From: Planctomycetaceae bacterium
GTDB taxonomy: Bacteria; Planctomycetota; Planctomycetia; Pirellulales; UBA1268
Assembly (NCBI GenBank): GCA_947481985.1
Contig: CANKIK010000023.1
Coordinates: 1 to 42,065 of the forward strand
DNA: 42,065 bases
Direction of reading: 5' to 3'
Below, in pieces: positions 15,910 through 26,317 of this stretch. The notes below the pieces were generated by a model. That model had not been told where the DNA came from, did no database searches, and saw only the letters and a list, made by a program, of their open reading frames with translations. The position numbers and the translations under genes were made by a program. Within the stretch, counting starts at the first letter, position 1, and each line of letters begins with the position of its first letter.

Positions 15910-18615
15910 ATGTCGCAGCAGCGTGGGGGACGGATCGTCGCGGCTTCCTTCCTCGCCGGCCTCGTGGCCGCGACGGGAGTCGGGCCGTTGGTCCTTGTCC
16001 CGCTGCACGAGTCACTCTTCGCCGAGGAGAACCTGCCACGTCATCGGCAAGCGGAGTTTTATCCCGACCAGCCGCCGGCGGCGCCGATCTCCGACGCCGC
16101 GCCGCCGTCCCCCAAGAGCAACGGCAAAACGTGGCAGGGCACCGGCGACCTCCGCAGGCTCGCTCCTGCCTCCCAAGGTGTCGTTCCTGTACAGAAGGCG
16201 CAGGCCAGCCACCGTCCAGTAGTGCTCGTCGCAGCCCCGGTGACGAAAACCGCCAGCCCGCTGCTGACGCGCACTTCGGCAGTCCCGCCGCCGGTGGTCC
16301 CGCGCATCGATACCGCCCGGCGGATTCCCAATCAACCTTCTTCCACGGGCGTCGGTCGTCGTTCTCCTCAGGTGATCGCAGTCCAGTTCGCTGAACCGCT
16401 GTCGGCTGGCCAGGACCTCGCTGCGGCAGCGGCCAGCGCCCCACCGCCGGCTGTGGCATCCCCCGAAACAAAGCCTGTCGCCCCCCGGATCGACCGCCAC
16501 TCCGACCCGGACAGCATCAACTGGTCGCACGCCCCGACCGATGCGGTGCAACCTCTCGAGCCCCCCGCCCCCGGCTCTCGAAGGGGGCCGGTGGCCGATT
16601 GGCTCCGCGACTCGTTCGACGACATCAAGTCGGCACGATCCCAGACGGTCCCCTTCCCGCGGAGGCCGACTTCGTCGACGGCCACCGGCAGTGGTCGGTT
16701 GATCGAGCGGCTCCGGCTCGGGGAACGTCTCCTGGCCCGCGACCGCAAAGACGCTTCGGCTCCGACAGCGCCCCACGGCGAAGACTATGCCACCGGCATC
16801 TGCGACTGGCCGGTGGCGATAAAACTCCATCAGCAGATCGACCTGCTCGCCAAGCCAGGGGGCAGTGAAACAACTGCCTCGGTCCGTTGGGCCGCCGACA
16901 CCGGCGCGATCCTCAAGCGATTGCGGGGGACAAGGGGACCGTGTGACCCGACCGCCGCCACCGGGCTGGCGGCGCTTGAATCGACGGCCGACGCCGGCAT
17001 GCGACTGGCCGACTCCACTACAGACGCCACTCGCGCCGCCACGCTCCGCCGAGCGGCGTTGGCCGTGCAGCGCCGATCCGCGGTCTGGAAGGGAGCGATC
17101 GATGTCTGCACGCAGGCGGCCGACAGATCAGATGCCGCCGCCAGAGAACGATCTGGCGACCTGCTCGCCGAGAGCCGGCTGGAGGCCGACATCATCGCCG
17201 TGCTGGCCGCCCTGGAACGGCTCGAGGAATCGGGCTCGGCCGCCGATGCAGCCGCCATCGCTGCTGCCGTGGCTCGGATCGAGGATGGTCGCTCGACGAG
17301 TGCGGATCGGTTTGCCGATGCGGTCCGCACCCACTACTCCGCCGCCAATGTCCGGGTGGCTGTGCACCAGAAATTCCTCGAGCGGTTGCTCCCTGTCACC
17401 AGCGTCACGACCGCTCCGGTTGATGACAGGGTCCTGGGCCGTCAGGTCCGGGGAACGAGCACCCTCGAGCGTTCCACCGGCGTCCGGTTCGTGCCCGACA
17501 CCGACGGAATCTCCATGAATCTTGAGATTCGGGGCGATGTCGCCTCGCGGACGGTCACCGCATCGGGGCCGGTGTCACTGACGTCGAAGGGTTCTTCCTC
17601 GTTCACTGTCCGCAAGCCGGTGACGATTGGCGAACAAGGTCTTGTCTTCGGCGCAGCCCGCGGTTCGGCCTCGTCTCGCTCGCACTTATCCAATATCCAG
17701 ACCAGTTTCGACGGCGTCCCAATCATGCGGTCCCTGGTGCGGAACATCGCCCGCAACCAGCACGACGAACATCTCCCCGAAGCCAACCGCGAGGTGATCG
17801 ACAAGATCATCGCCCGCGCCTGCCGTGAGGTCGATCAGCAGGCTGAACCGCAGTTCACACAGATGGCCGATAAAATCCGTCTCCAGGCGTGGGAACCGCT
17901 GGAGCGCTTGGGGCTGGAGCCGACCGCGCTCGCCCTCGAGACCACCGCGGGGGTCGCCACGGCCCGGCTCCGACTGGCAGCCCAAGACCAACTTGCGGCC
18001 CACACACCGCGGCCGCGGGCCCCGGCCGGCTCGTTGCTCAGCGTGCAGGTTCACCAGTCGGCGGTCAACAACGCGCTGGAACGACTGGGGCTGGCCGGAC
18101 GGCAACTGTCGCTGGAGGAACTGGTGACGCTGCTCTGTGAGCGCGCGGGGATTGAGCCCCGTGTGCCCGAGGAGACTCCCGAAGGGGTGGAGATCACCTT
18201 CGCCGCAGAACAACCGCTGTGGGTGGAGTACCGCGACGGGTTGGTGCACGTCCGCATCTCGCTGGACTCGATCGAGAGTGGCCGCCGCAGCTGGCGGGAC
18301 ATCGTCGCCTCAGTCACCTACCGACCGAAGGCAGTCTCGCCGCAAATCTTCCTGGAGCGAGAGGGTCCTGTGCATATCGGGGGGCCGGGCCACCAGGGGC
18401 GCGCTGAACTGGCACTGCGGGCGATCTTCGGGAAGATCTTCCCCAAGGAGCGTCCGCTGCCGCTGCTCCCGGAGACGATTGCCTCCAATCCTCGAATCAC
18501 CGATCTGGCGGTTCTTCAGGCCGCCAGCACCGACGGCTGGTTTGCGATCTCGCTCGGTGAGTTGCCAGCCCCCGTGGCCGTCGCCGCGCCGGCCCGCCGC
18601 ACCCTGCGGAAGTGA
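15910..18615 (+). CDS. hypothetical Ala/Pro-rich exported or membrane-anchored protein (~900 aa)
   Basis: Long ORF with sustained coding-like composition. Probable start at ATG 15910, giving MSQQRGGRIVAASFLAGLVAATGVGPLVLV (N-terminal anchor or signal). The track start 15784 adds an implausible leader. No recognisable catalytic motif. Confidence 0.6.
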   Translation: MSQQRGGRIVAASFLAGLVAATGVGPLVLVPLHESLFAEENLPRHRQAEFYPDQPPAAPISDAAPPSPKSNGKTWQGTGDLRRLAPASQGVVPVQKAQASHRPVVLVAAPVTKTASPLLTRTSAVPPPVVPRIDTARRIPNQPSSTGVGRRSPQVIAVQFAEPLSAGQDLAAAAASAPPPAVASPETKPVAPRIDRHSDPDSINWSHAPTDAVQPLEPPAPGSRRGPVADWLRDSFDDIKSARSQTVPFPRRPTSSTATGSGRLIERLRLGERLLARDRKDASAPTAPHGEDYATGICDWPVAIKLHQQIDLLAKPGGSETTASVRWAADTGAILKRLRGTRGPCDPTAATGLAALESTADAGMRLADSTTDATRAATLRRAALAVQRRSAVWKGAIDVCTQAADRSDAAARERSGDLLAESRLEADIIAVLAALERLEESGSAADAAAIAAAVARIEDGRSTSADRFADAVRTHYSAANVRVAVHQKFLERLLPVTSVTTAPVDDRVLGRQVRGTSTLERSTGVRFVPDTDGISMNLEIRGDVASRTVTASGPVSLTSKGSSSFTVRKPVTIGEQGLVFGAARGSASSRSHLSNIQTSFDGVPIMRSLVRNIARNQHDEHLPEANREVIDKIIARACREVDQQAEPQFTQMADKIRLQAWEPLERLGLEPTALALETTAGVATARLRLAAQDQLAAHTPRPRAPAGSLLSVQVHQSAVNNALERLGLAGRQLSLEELVTLLCERAGIEPRVPEETPEGVEITFAAEQPLWVEYRDGLVHVRISLDSIESGRRSWRDIVASVTYRPKAVSPQIFLEREGPVHIGGPGHQGRAELALRAIFGKIFPKERPLPLLPETIASNPRITDLAVLQAASTDGWFAISLGELPAPVAVAAPARRTLRK

Positions 18616-18870
18616 CGCCAGCGAGGCCGCTCTCTGGCAGAGTCGTCAGCAGCGCCACGCGTCGTCGGGAGCGAAGGCCCGGACAGGGGGCACCTTCACC
18701 CTCCACCACGACAACCTCCCCATCCCTGCCGCCATCCCGCTCTTTTGGGAAGAATTCTCCAGGCACGCTCCACACACCGGCTCAAGCGGTCCTCCCGTTG
18801 CACTGCAGGGCCGGCGGACGAAAAATTGCAGGCTCCCCCCTCCCCCACACGCTCCCTCCGGAACCGACCA

Positions 18871-20280
18871 ATGGCTACTCCCTCCACCCGCACCGAGACC
18901 GACAGCATGGGGGCCGTCGAGGTCGCCTCCGACCGCTACTGGGGCGCCCAGACGGAGCGTTCCCGAGACAACTTTAAAATCGGCCTCGATCGCTTCGAGT
19001 GGGGCCGGGCGGTGAAGAAGGCCCTCGGGATCCTCAAGAAATCGGCGGCGCTTGCCAACGGTGAGCTCGGGCAGATCCCCGCCGAGCGGGTGCGGCTCAT
19101 CGTCCAGGCGGCCGACGAGGTGATCGCCGGGAAACTCGACGACCACTTTCCGCTGGTGGTCTTCCAAACCGGCAGCGGTACACAGTCGAACATGAACGCC
19201 AACGAGGTGATCTCCAATCGCGCTATCGAGATCGCTGGCGGTGTGATGGGGTCGAAGTCACCGGTCCACCCCAACGACGACGTCAACCGCGGCCAGTCGT
19301 CCAACGACACCTTCCCCACTGCCATGCACATCGCCGCCGTCGAGGTGATCCACGATCGCCTCCTGCCGGCGGTGCGGTCACTCCGAGACGTGTTTGCTGA
19401 CCTCTCCCAGCGGACGGCGAGCGTCGTCAAGATCGGCCGCACCCACCTCCAGGATGCGACCCCAATCACCCTCGGCCAGGAGATCTCGGCCTGGCAATCC
19501 CAACTCGACGACCGGATCGCCTCCATCGAACGGTCACTGCCCGGCCTCTATGAACTGGCAATCGGCGGCACGGCCGTCGGCACCGGGCTCAACGCCCACG
19601 CGAAGTTTGGCGACGTCGCGGCGAAGTTCATTGCCAGAGAGACCGGCCACCCCTTCGTCTCGGCGAAGAACAAGTTTGCTGCCCTCTCAGCCCACGATGC
19701 CCTCGTTGATGCAAGCGCCGCCGAGCGCAGTCTGGCGATGGCGCTGCTGAAGATCGCCAATGACATCCGCTGGCTGGCCTCCGGGCCACGCTGCGGGATC
19801 GGCGAGATCTCGATCCCAGAGAACGAACCGGGCAGCTCGATCATGCCGGGCAAGGTCAACCCCACGCAGTGCGAGGCGATGACGATGGTCTGCGTCCAGG
19901 TGTTCGGCAACGACGCCGCAGTGGCCTTCGCCGGCTCACAGGGCAACTTCCAACTCAACGTCTACAAGCCGGTGATGATCCACAACGTGCTGGAGTCGGC
20001 CGACCTCATGGCCGACGCCTGCGACTCGATGCGGATTCACTGTGCGGTCGGCATCCAGCCGAACCTCGCCCGCATCCGCCACAACCTCGACGAGTCGCTG
20101 ATGCTCGTCACCGCCCTCAACACCCACATCGGCTACGAGAAGTCGGCGAAGATCGCGAAGAAGGCCCATCAGGAGGGGACGAGCCTCAAGGCAGCCGCCG
20201 TCGCCTCGGGGCACGTTACGGCAGAGCAGTACGACCAGTGGGTTGTCCCGGCAGAGATGACCCGGCCGCTGTCGACGTGA
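18871..20280 (+). CDS. fumC: class II fumarate hydratase
   Basis: Start [18 protein letters not shown] at ATG 18871. Fumarase/aspartase signature [20 protein letters not shown]. 469 aa. Confidence 0.93.
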   Translation: MATPSTRTETDSMGAVEVASDRYWGAQTERSRDNFKIGLDRFEWGRAVKKALGILKKSAALANGELGQIPAERVRLIVQAADEVIAGKLDDHFPLVVFQTGSGTQSNMNANEVISNRAIEIAGGVMGSKSPVHPNDDVNRGQSSNDTFPTAMHIAAVEVIHDRLLPAVRSLRDVFADLSQRTASVVKIGRTHLQDATPITLGQEISAWQSQLDDRIASIERSLPGLYELAIGGTAVGTGLNAHAKFGDVAAKFIARETGHPFVSAKNKFAALSAHDALVDASAAERSLAMALLKIANDIRWLASGPRCGIGEISIPENEPGSSIMPGKVNPTQCEAMTMVCVQVFGNDAAVAFAGSQGNFQLNVYKPVMIHNVLESADLMADACDSMRIHCAVGIQPNLARIRHNLDESLMLVTALNTHIGYEKSAKIAKKAHQEGTSLKAAAVASGHVTAEQYDQWVVPAEMTRPLST

Positions 20281-20298
20281 TGGCCCTCTGGTCGACGG

Positions 20299-20362
20299 CC
20301 AGACGCAACCGCCAGACGCAACCGCCAGACGCAACCGCCAGACGCAACCGCCAGACACCCCG
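20299..20362. repeat. 13-bp tandem repeat CCAGACGCAACCG, 4 full copies plus a partial
   Basis: Read directly at 20299-20311, 20312-20324, 20325-20337, 20338-20350, then ccagacaccccg. Begins 19 nt after the fumC stop. Confidence 0.85.
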
Positions 20363-20401
20363 CCGGGCGAACCGGTGGCACTTGCCGCGACGGGCCTGGC
20401 G

Positions 20402-20429
20402 GCTGCACGGCCCCAGATGGCCGTGCAGC
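20402..20429. terminator. GC-rich hairpin between convergent fumC and glnB (putative bidirectional terminator, no U-tract)
   Basis: Perfect inverted repeat gctgcacggcc (20402-20412) / ggccgtgcagc (20419-20429), 6-nt loop. Extendable by 2-3 bp (g401-c430, c400-g431). Confidence 0.5.
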
Positions 20430-20437
20430 CGTGAAAT

Positions 20438-21108
<671 letters not shown>

Positions 21109-21138
21109 TGGTGACTCGGCTTGCCCCTGCCGCGGGGG

Positions 21139-22584
21139 TCAGCCGGGGTGTGGCCCAAGTCCACGAGGATCACCTGCCTGAGGTTCCTCGACCGGGCGGC
21201 GGAATGTGGCCCCGTCGAGGGAATGCCCCTTCATCAGCCGGTAGAGGGTGCCCCGCGGCAGGCGGGCCTCGCGGGCGGCGGCGGAGACGTCGCCCTGGTG
21301 GCGGGTGAGGAGATCGCTGAGGAATTGACGCTCGAAGCGGGCGATCTGTTCGGCCCGCTGCGCAAAGAACCCCACCGCCCCGGCTTCGGCGCCGGCCGAT
21401 CGCCCCGCGGCGGTGACGACCTCGTCGGGAAGATCCTCAACCCCCACCACTGCCGCCCTCGACATAGCGATCGCCCGGCGAACGATGTTTTGCAGTTCGC
21501 GGACATTCCCCGGCCAATGGTAACTGCGGAGCACCTGGTAGGCATCCGGGGAGATGCCACCGATCTGGCGGCTCATTTCCTGGCTGGCCCGGTTGGCGAA
21601 CGACTCGGCGAGCAGGCCGATGTCGTCACCACGGCTCCGCAGCGGAGGCATGTCAATCCGCACGACATTGATCCGGTAAAAGAGATCGCGGCGGAATTCC
21701 CCTTTCGTCACCATCTCATCGATATTTCGCGACGTGGCTGCCACGACGCGGACGTCGACGGCATTCTCCTGTCTGGCACCGACGCGGCGGACGCGCCGTT
21801 CCTGGAGCACGCGGAGCAGTTTGGCCTGGAGCGGGAGCGGTAATTCCCCCACCTCGTCCAGGAATAAGGTGCCGCCATCGGCGAATTCAACCAGCCCCAT
21901 CCGTCTGGCATCGGCGCCGGTGAAGGCCCCCCGTTCATGGCCGAACAGTTCACTTTCCAGCAGCGCGTCTGGGATGGCACCGCAGTCGATCGGGACAAAC
22001 GGTCCCGCTGCACGCCGGCTGCGACGGTGAACGGCGCGGGCAACGAGTTCCTTGCCGGTTCCTGTCTCGCCGGTGACGAGCACATCCACGTTGCTGGCCG
22101 CCACCCGGTCGATGATCGAGTACACCTGCCGCATCGGTGGGCTCTCGCCAAGAAACCCTTCGAATGAATAGGGGCGCTCGACCACGCGGCGGAGCACCTG
22201 CTCGGCATCCCGGCGGCGGCTGGAGGCCAGGAGCCTTGCCAGACTGTCCTCCAGTTCGTCCTCGATACGGGCGAGGTCGAGATAGTCACCCGCACCGGCC
22301 TGAAGACATGCCCTGGCGGTTTCGACGTCCGGCCTGGAATCGATGACCACCAGTGGCAATTGGGGGTCAGCCGCGGCGATCGCCCCGTGGAGCCGCACCG
22401 CCAACTCACCGGCGCGTGTGGTGACGACCCCCAGATCCCAGGAGTCACGGGCGACGCTGTCGAGCACGCGCTCCAGCGACGGTTCGACCCGGACTTCCAT
22501 CGGCTGCAACCGGGCCACCAACCGGGCGTAGGGCAAGCCGCCAGAGCCGGCGGAATCGGCGATGAGGATCCGCGGCTGACGCAT
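21139..22584 (-). CDS. sigma-54-dependent transcriptional activator (NtrC/Fis family) with atypical receiver-like N-domain
   Basis: AAA+ sigma-54 interaction domain (VLVTGETGTGKELVARAVH, GAFTGA, ESELFGHERGAFTGA, R-finger region), C-terminal Fis-type HTH (AAAREARLPRGTLYRLMKGH). The N-terminal receiver-like domain (ILIADSAG..DLGVV..) lacks the conserved Lys. Start taken at ATG 22582-22584 (MRQPRILIAD). The track ORF to 22869 is a UTR extension. Confidence 0.85.
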   Translation of the reverse strand: MRQPRILIADSAGSGGLPYARLVARLQPMEVRVEPSLERVLDSVARDSWDLGVVTTRAGELAVRLHGAIAAADPQLPLVVIDSRPDVETARACLQAGAGDYLDLARIEDELEDSLARLLASSRRRDAEQVLRRVVERPYSFEGFLGESPPMRQVYSIIDRVAASNVDVLVTGETGTGKELVARAVHRRSRRAAGPFVPIDCGAIPDALLESELFGHERGAFTGADARRMGLVEFADGGTLFLDEVGELPLPLQAKLLRVLQERRVRRVGARQENAVDVRVVAATSRNIDEMVTKGEFRRDLFYRINVVRIDMPPLRSRGDDIGLLAESFANRASQEMSRQIGGISPDAYQVLRSYHWPGNVRELQNIVRRAIAMSRAAVVGVEDLPDEVVTAAGRSAGAEAGAVGFFAQRAEQIARFERQFLSDLLTRHQGDVSAAAREARLPRGTLYRLMKGHSLDGATFRRPVEEPQAGDPRGLGPHPG

Positions 22585-22861
22585 GGCGGGATGGGGTGGA
22601 CCGACGTCTGTGGATCCGAGAACTCTCCCGGACCGGGTCGCACCGGCCGCCTCTCCAGTGTGACTTGCCAGGGAGTATGCAGGCCCCGGGGCCAACGGGC
22701 AAATCGGGCCTGTCAAAAGCAGACCGATCGCTGCCCGCCGCCGCGGCCTCTGGTACATTCCGGTTTTCGGGCAGTCCGCCACTCCAGCCGCCGTTTCCAG
22801 GCGACCGCGGGCCGCCCGACCGCCGCCGGGGCGCACCCCGGGAGAGGAGATTCTGTCAACG

Positions 22862-25048
22862 ATGGCCATCGATCCCTACGCAGCCTGTCCGGGGGGCACC
22901 GGAAAGAAGATCAAGTTCTGCTGCGCCGATCTGGTCGGCGACCTGGAACAACTCGACCGTCTGCTCGAGGGTGAGCAGGTGTCGGCGGCGTTGGAGCAGG
23001 TCGAGCGGTTGTTGGCGAAGACCCCAAACCGGGCCTGCCTCTTCGCCACCCGCACCAAACTGCAATTGGCCTCGCGAAAATTCACCGAGGCTGCCACCGG
23101 CAGCGCGGAATTCCTCGCTGCCTTCCCCGACAACGGACTGGCCCTGGGCCAGTCGGCTGTCACCGCAGCGATCGCCGGGAAAATGCCGGAGGCGGCGGCG
23201 TTGTTTGACCGCGCCCGCGAGGTCGCCGGCAAGGAGGTCGGTCCTGAACTGGAGCGGATCGCGGCCACGCTCGTCCAGGTGGCAGCGCAGTCCGGACAGA
23301 CGGGATTCTCTCAGGGAATCGTGGAGTGGCTCTCCGATGCGGGAATCGGCACCGCCGAGGACCGGAACATGCTCGCCGCAGCGGTCGGACAGGCGGGCGT
23401 GCCCGCCGCCCTGCGGACCCGAGTGCTCTTCGAATCATGCCCGGACGACTCGCCGTGGCGTTTTGAGTTCGACATCAATCTCAAGGCTGCCCGCGAATGG
23501 CGTCTCTCCAAGGCGTTAACGGGCTTCCGTAGCCTGAAGAAGTTGGCCTCCCAGAGCCCGGAATTGGCTGCCAATCTGGGGCGTGTCTGCGAACTGCTGG
23601 CGCTGCCGTTTGAGGCCGCGGAAAACTGGCTGGCAGTGGCGCGGCTGCGGTCGGCCGACCATGACGCGGCCGTGGAAGCCACTGGCCGGGCGATGGCACT
23701 GGAGACGGAGGCCGACCAGGACCGCTCGCCGGTGATTCCCTTCGTCCGGTCGGCAGCGATGCTGCCGGCTGCTGAGGCCAGTGGCAACGGCCTCGACCTG
23801 ATGGAGGACAAATTCCGCCATGACGGCCGGTTCGAAACCGCCCCCTTCGACCGCTCGGAATGGGTTTCCCGCGGTGCGGTACCGCCACGATCGGTGTGGC
23901 GGGTCTACGACGCGCCCGGTGGCGATATGGCCGTCCCCGGCCGGTTGCTGGCCACACTTCTGGTCTTCGGTCGCCAGACCGACCGCGAGGCGGAATTGGT
24001 GCTGCAAGGGTTCGAGCCAGACGTCGCCGGAGCGGTGGCTGTCGTGGAGCCGATCTCCACCGTGGCGTTCAGCAGACTCCCCGACAATGGCCGATTGCCG
24101 GTGGCCACGCCGACGACTTGGCTGCTCTCGACCCAGTTTCGCATCGTCCCCCCCACGGTGCCTGCCGGCGGTACCCCTGTCGGCCAGCCTGGTCCGCTCG
24201 ACATCATGCTTGAAGGCCAGCGGCAACGGCTCTGGACGAGGTTTCTTGATCTCTGGCCCGACACCGCACTGCCTGAACTTCTCGGCAAGACTCCCCAGGA
24301 TGCGCTCCACGATGCCGACGGCGCTCGCCGCGTCGAGGCATTGCTCGTGGAGGGGGAGGCGACCAGCCGCCGCCGAGACGCCACCGAGGCCTGGGGCGCT
24401 CTGCGCGGACGACTCGGGCTCAAACCAGAACCGGCGATCCACTCCCAGAAACCACTGGAGGAAGTGCCGCCGATGCGGTGGCACCGCCTGGCACTGGATG
24501 GAATCGCTCTCGATGAACTCCGTGGCCTGTTCGTCACGGCGGTCGATGCGGGATTCGACCTGGCTGCCGAGCGGGCGGCCGAGGCGATCATCCTCCGGAC
24601 CGATTCGGCGCCGGAGGATCGCTGGGAAGCTCTCGGTCTCCTCGAGGAGCGGGCCCTGGAGAGCGTCCGCAAGTTGGAGATCATCGCCGAACTCCGGGGG
24701 CTCGCCGGGCAACTCAAGGCCAACGATGGCATGATCGACGTCTCCGAAATGCGCATCAGGCTGCAGCGCGGTGATCAGGCCGACATCATGCGGCTCCTGG
24801 ATCATCTCCGCCGCGATCACTCCCGCGACGCCAAGGTGCTGGAAGCCCTCGCTGAGGTCTTGATGGAGGCGGGAGTCGACCTCCCCGGGCTGACCTCGGC
24901 ACGGGGCGGGCCTGCCGGCATGGGCTCATCAGCGGCACCCGCGGGAATGTCGTCCCCTGGCTCCGCACCGGCAGCCGGTGGAATCTGGACGCCGGGTGGC
25001 GCCCAGCCAGCCCCGGCAGGAGAGAAAAAGACCATCTGGACACCGTGA
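22862..25048 (+). CDS. hypothetical SEC-C-motif protein with helical repeat body (728 aa)
   Basis: N-terminus AACPGGTGKKIKFCCADL resembles the SecA C-terminal zinc-binding SEC-C motif, with CPGG in place of CPCG. The rest is helical, Ala/Leu/Glu/Arg-rich and TPR-like. C-terminal Gly/Pro/Ala-rich tail. Stop TGA 25046-25048 lies 1 nt before the ribD ATG. Confidence 0.65.
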   Translation: MAIDPYAACPGGTGKKIKFCCADLVGDLEQLDRLLEGEQVSAALEQVERLLAKTPNRACLFATRTKLQLASRKFTEAATGSAEFLAAFPDNGLALGQSAVTAAIAGKMPEAAALFDRAREVAGKEVGPELERIAATLVQVAAQSGQTGFSQGIVEWLSDAGIGTAEDRNMLAAAVGQAGVPAALRTRVLFESCPDDSPWRFEFDINLKAAREWRLSKALTGFRSLKKLASQSPELAANLGRVCELLALPFEAAENWLAVARLRSADHDAAVEATGRAMALETEADQDRSPVIPFVRSAAMLPAAEASGNGLDLMEDKFRHDGRFETAPFDRSEWVSRGAVPPRSVWRVYDAPGGDMAVPGRLLATLLVFGRQTDREAELVLQGFEPDVAGAVAVVEPISTVAFSRLPDNGRLPVATPTTWLLSTQFRIVPPTVPAGGTPVGQPGPLDIMLEGQRQRLWTRFLDLWPDTALPELLGKTPQDALHDADGARRVEALLVEGEATSRRRDATEAWGALRGRLGLKPEPAIHSQKPLEEVPPMRWHRLALDGIALDELRGLFVTAVDAGFDLAAERAAEAIILRTDSAPEDRWEALGLLEERALESVRKLEIIAELRGLAGQLKANDGMIDVSEMRIRLQRGDQADIMRLLDHLRRDHSRDAKVLEALAEVLMEAGVDLPGLTSARGGPAGMGSSAAPAGMSSPGSAPAAGGIWTPGGAQPAPAGEKKTIWTP

Positions 25049-25049
25049 C

Positions 25050-26186
25050 ATGCCTGCTGACTTCGTCCCCGCGATGCGGCGGGCCCTCGAACTCGCCCGC
25101 CGCGGTGAGGGGCTCGTGGAGCCCAACCCGCAGGTGGGAGCGGTGGTCGTCGATGGCCATGGTCAGATTGTTGGCGAGGGTTGTCACGAGCGATTCGGTG
25201 GCCCCCACGCCGAGGTGATGGCCCTGGCCGCCGCGGGAGCCGCGGCACGGGGCGCCACGCTCCTGGTGACACTCGAGCCCTGTTGCCATCACGGCAAGAC
25301 CCCCCCCTGCACCGACGCCGTCATTGCAGCCGGTATCTCCAGGGTGGTGGTGGCGACCCGCGACCCCTTCCCGGCAGTCAACGGCAGCGGGATCGCCGCC
25401 CTTGAAGCCGCGGGGATTCCCGTCGAGACCGGGCTGATGGCGCCCGAGGCCGAGCGGCTCATCGCCCCATTCCGCACGCTGTTGACCGCCGGCAGGCCCT
25501 GGGTGATCGCCAAGTGGGCGATGAGCCTCGACGGCCGAATCGCCACCGCGACCGGCGAGAGCCAGTGGATCTCCGGGGAGGCGTCGCGGGGCGCCGTGCA
25601 TCGCCTCCGCGGGCGAATGGATGCGATTCTCATCGGCATCGGCACGGCGCTCGCCGACGATCCACTGCTCACCGCCCGCCCCGCAGGACTCCGTCGAGCG
25701 CTGCGGATCGTCGTCGACTCGGCAGCCCGCCTCCCCCCGACCAGCCGGCTTGTGCAGACAGCCCCCGAAATCCCGCTGCTGGTGGCCGTCGGGCCCGACG
25801 CCCCGGCCCAACGCACCAACCACCTGGAGTCGCTCGGCTGCCTGGTATGGCGGGGCAGCGAAGCCGACCGCGGGCTTCGCCTGCGGGAGCTCCTGCATCA
25901 CCTCGGTCAGCAACGCCTGACAAACCTCTTGGTGGAGGGGGGGAACGGGGTGCTCGGGAGCTTCTGCGACCTCAAGTTCGTCGATGAAGCTTGGGCGTTT
26001 GTGGCCCCGAAACTCATCGGTGGAGCCGCCGCACCAGCCCCGCTTGGCGGCCAAGGCCACCCCCGTCTGGCCGACGCCCCACGGATCGCTGTCGAGGAAT
26101 TGGCGAGCCTCGACGGCGACGTTCTCATCCGTGGCACCGTGATCCACGGCGAGGGCCGCGTCACAGAGGCGACAACGACTTCCTAA
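25050..26186 (+). CDS. ribD: bifunctional riboflavin biosynthesis protein RibD (deaminase/reductase)
   Basis: CMP/dCMP-type deaminase zinc motifs HAEVMAL and PCCHHGKTPPC. C-terminal RibD reductase domain (WVIAKWAMSLDGRIA..). Start at ATG 25050 (MPADFVPAMRRALELAR). 378 aa. Confidence 0.9.
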   Translation: MPADFVPAMRRALELARRGEGLVEPNPQVGAVVVDGHGQIVGEGCHERFGGPHAEVMALAAAGAAARGATLLVTLEPCCHHGKTPPCTDAVIAAGISRVVVATRDPFPAVNGSGIAALEAAGIPVETGLMAPEAERLIAPFRTLLTAGRPWVIAKWAMSLDGRIATATGESQWISGEASRGAVHRLRGRMDAILIGIGTALADDPLLTARPAGLRRALRIVVDSAARLPPTSRLVQTAPEIPLLVAVGPDAPAQRTNHLESLGCLVWRGSEADRGLRLRELLHHLGQQRLTNLLVEGGNGVLGSFCDLKFVDEAWAFVAPKLIGGAAAPAPLGGQGHPRLADAPRIAVEELASLDGDVLIRGTVIHGEGRVTEATTTS

Positions 26187-26220
26187 AAACTGGATTTTCC
26201 CGGCTGCGGTTCACCAACTG

Positions 26221-26317
26221 CCTCGACCGCACGAGGCGGTCGCGCGAGCAAAGCACTGGAAAAAACCGGCGGATTCTCCAGTGAAAAAAGGTCAGGGATG
26301 ACTTTCTCCACGGACAA
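26221..26317 (-). other. conserved multi-hairpin 3' element, copy 2 (candidate structured RNA / complex terminator)
   Basis: Reverse complement of 26221-26317 aligns without gaps to 7379-7475, with 10-mer blocks at 9/10, 9/10, 9/10, 7/10, 8/10, 8/10, 7/10, 9/10. It begins 7 nt after the stop (tag, plus 26318-26320) of the minus-strand PSCyt1-WD40 gene, in the same orientation. Compensatory changes: GACTGC/GCAGTC becomes GACCGC/GCGGTC, and CACTTGA/TCGAGTG becomes CACTGGA/TCCAGTG. Confidence 0.6.

Noticed and set aside
22585-22861. Possible sigma-54 or other promoter in the divergent spacer between the activator gene and the SEC-C gene
   Set aside because: TGGTAC/TGGCAA-like strings are present, but none has a -12 GC element at the correct spacing. 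No promoter is called here.
23516-24820. 434-aa minus-strand ORF
   Set aside because: Antisense to the SEC-C-motif gene. No motifs; composition-driven.
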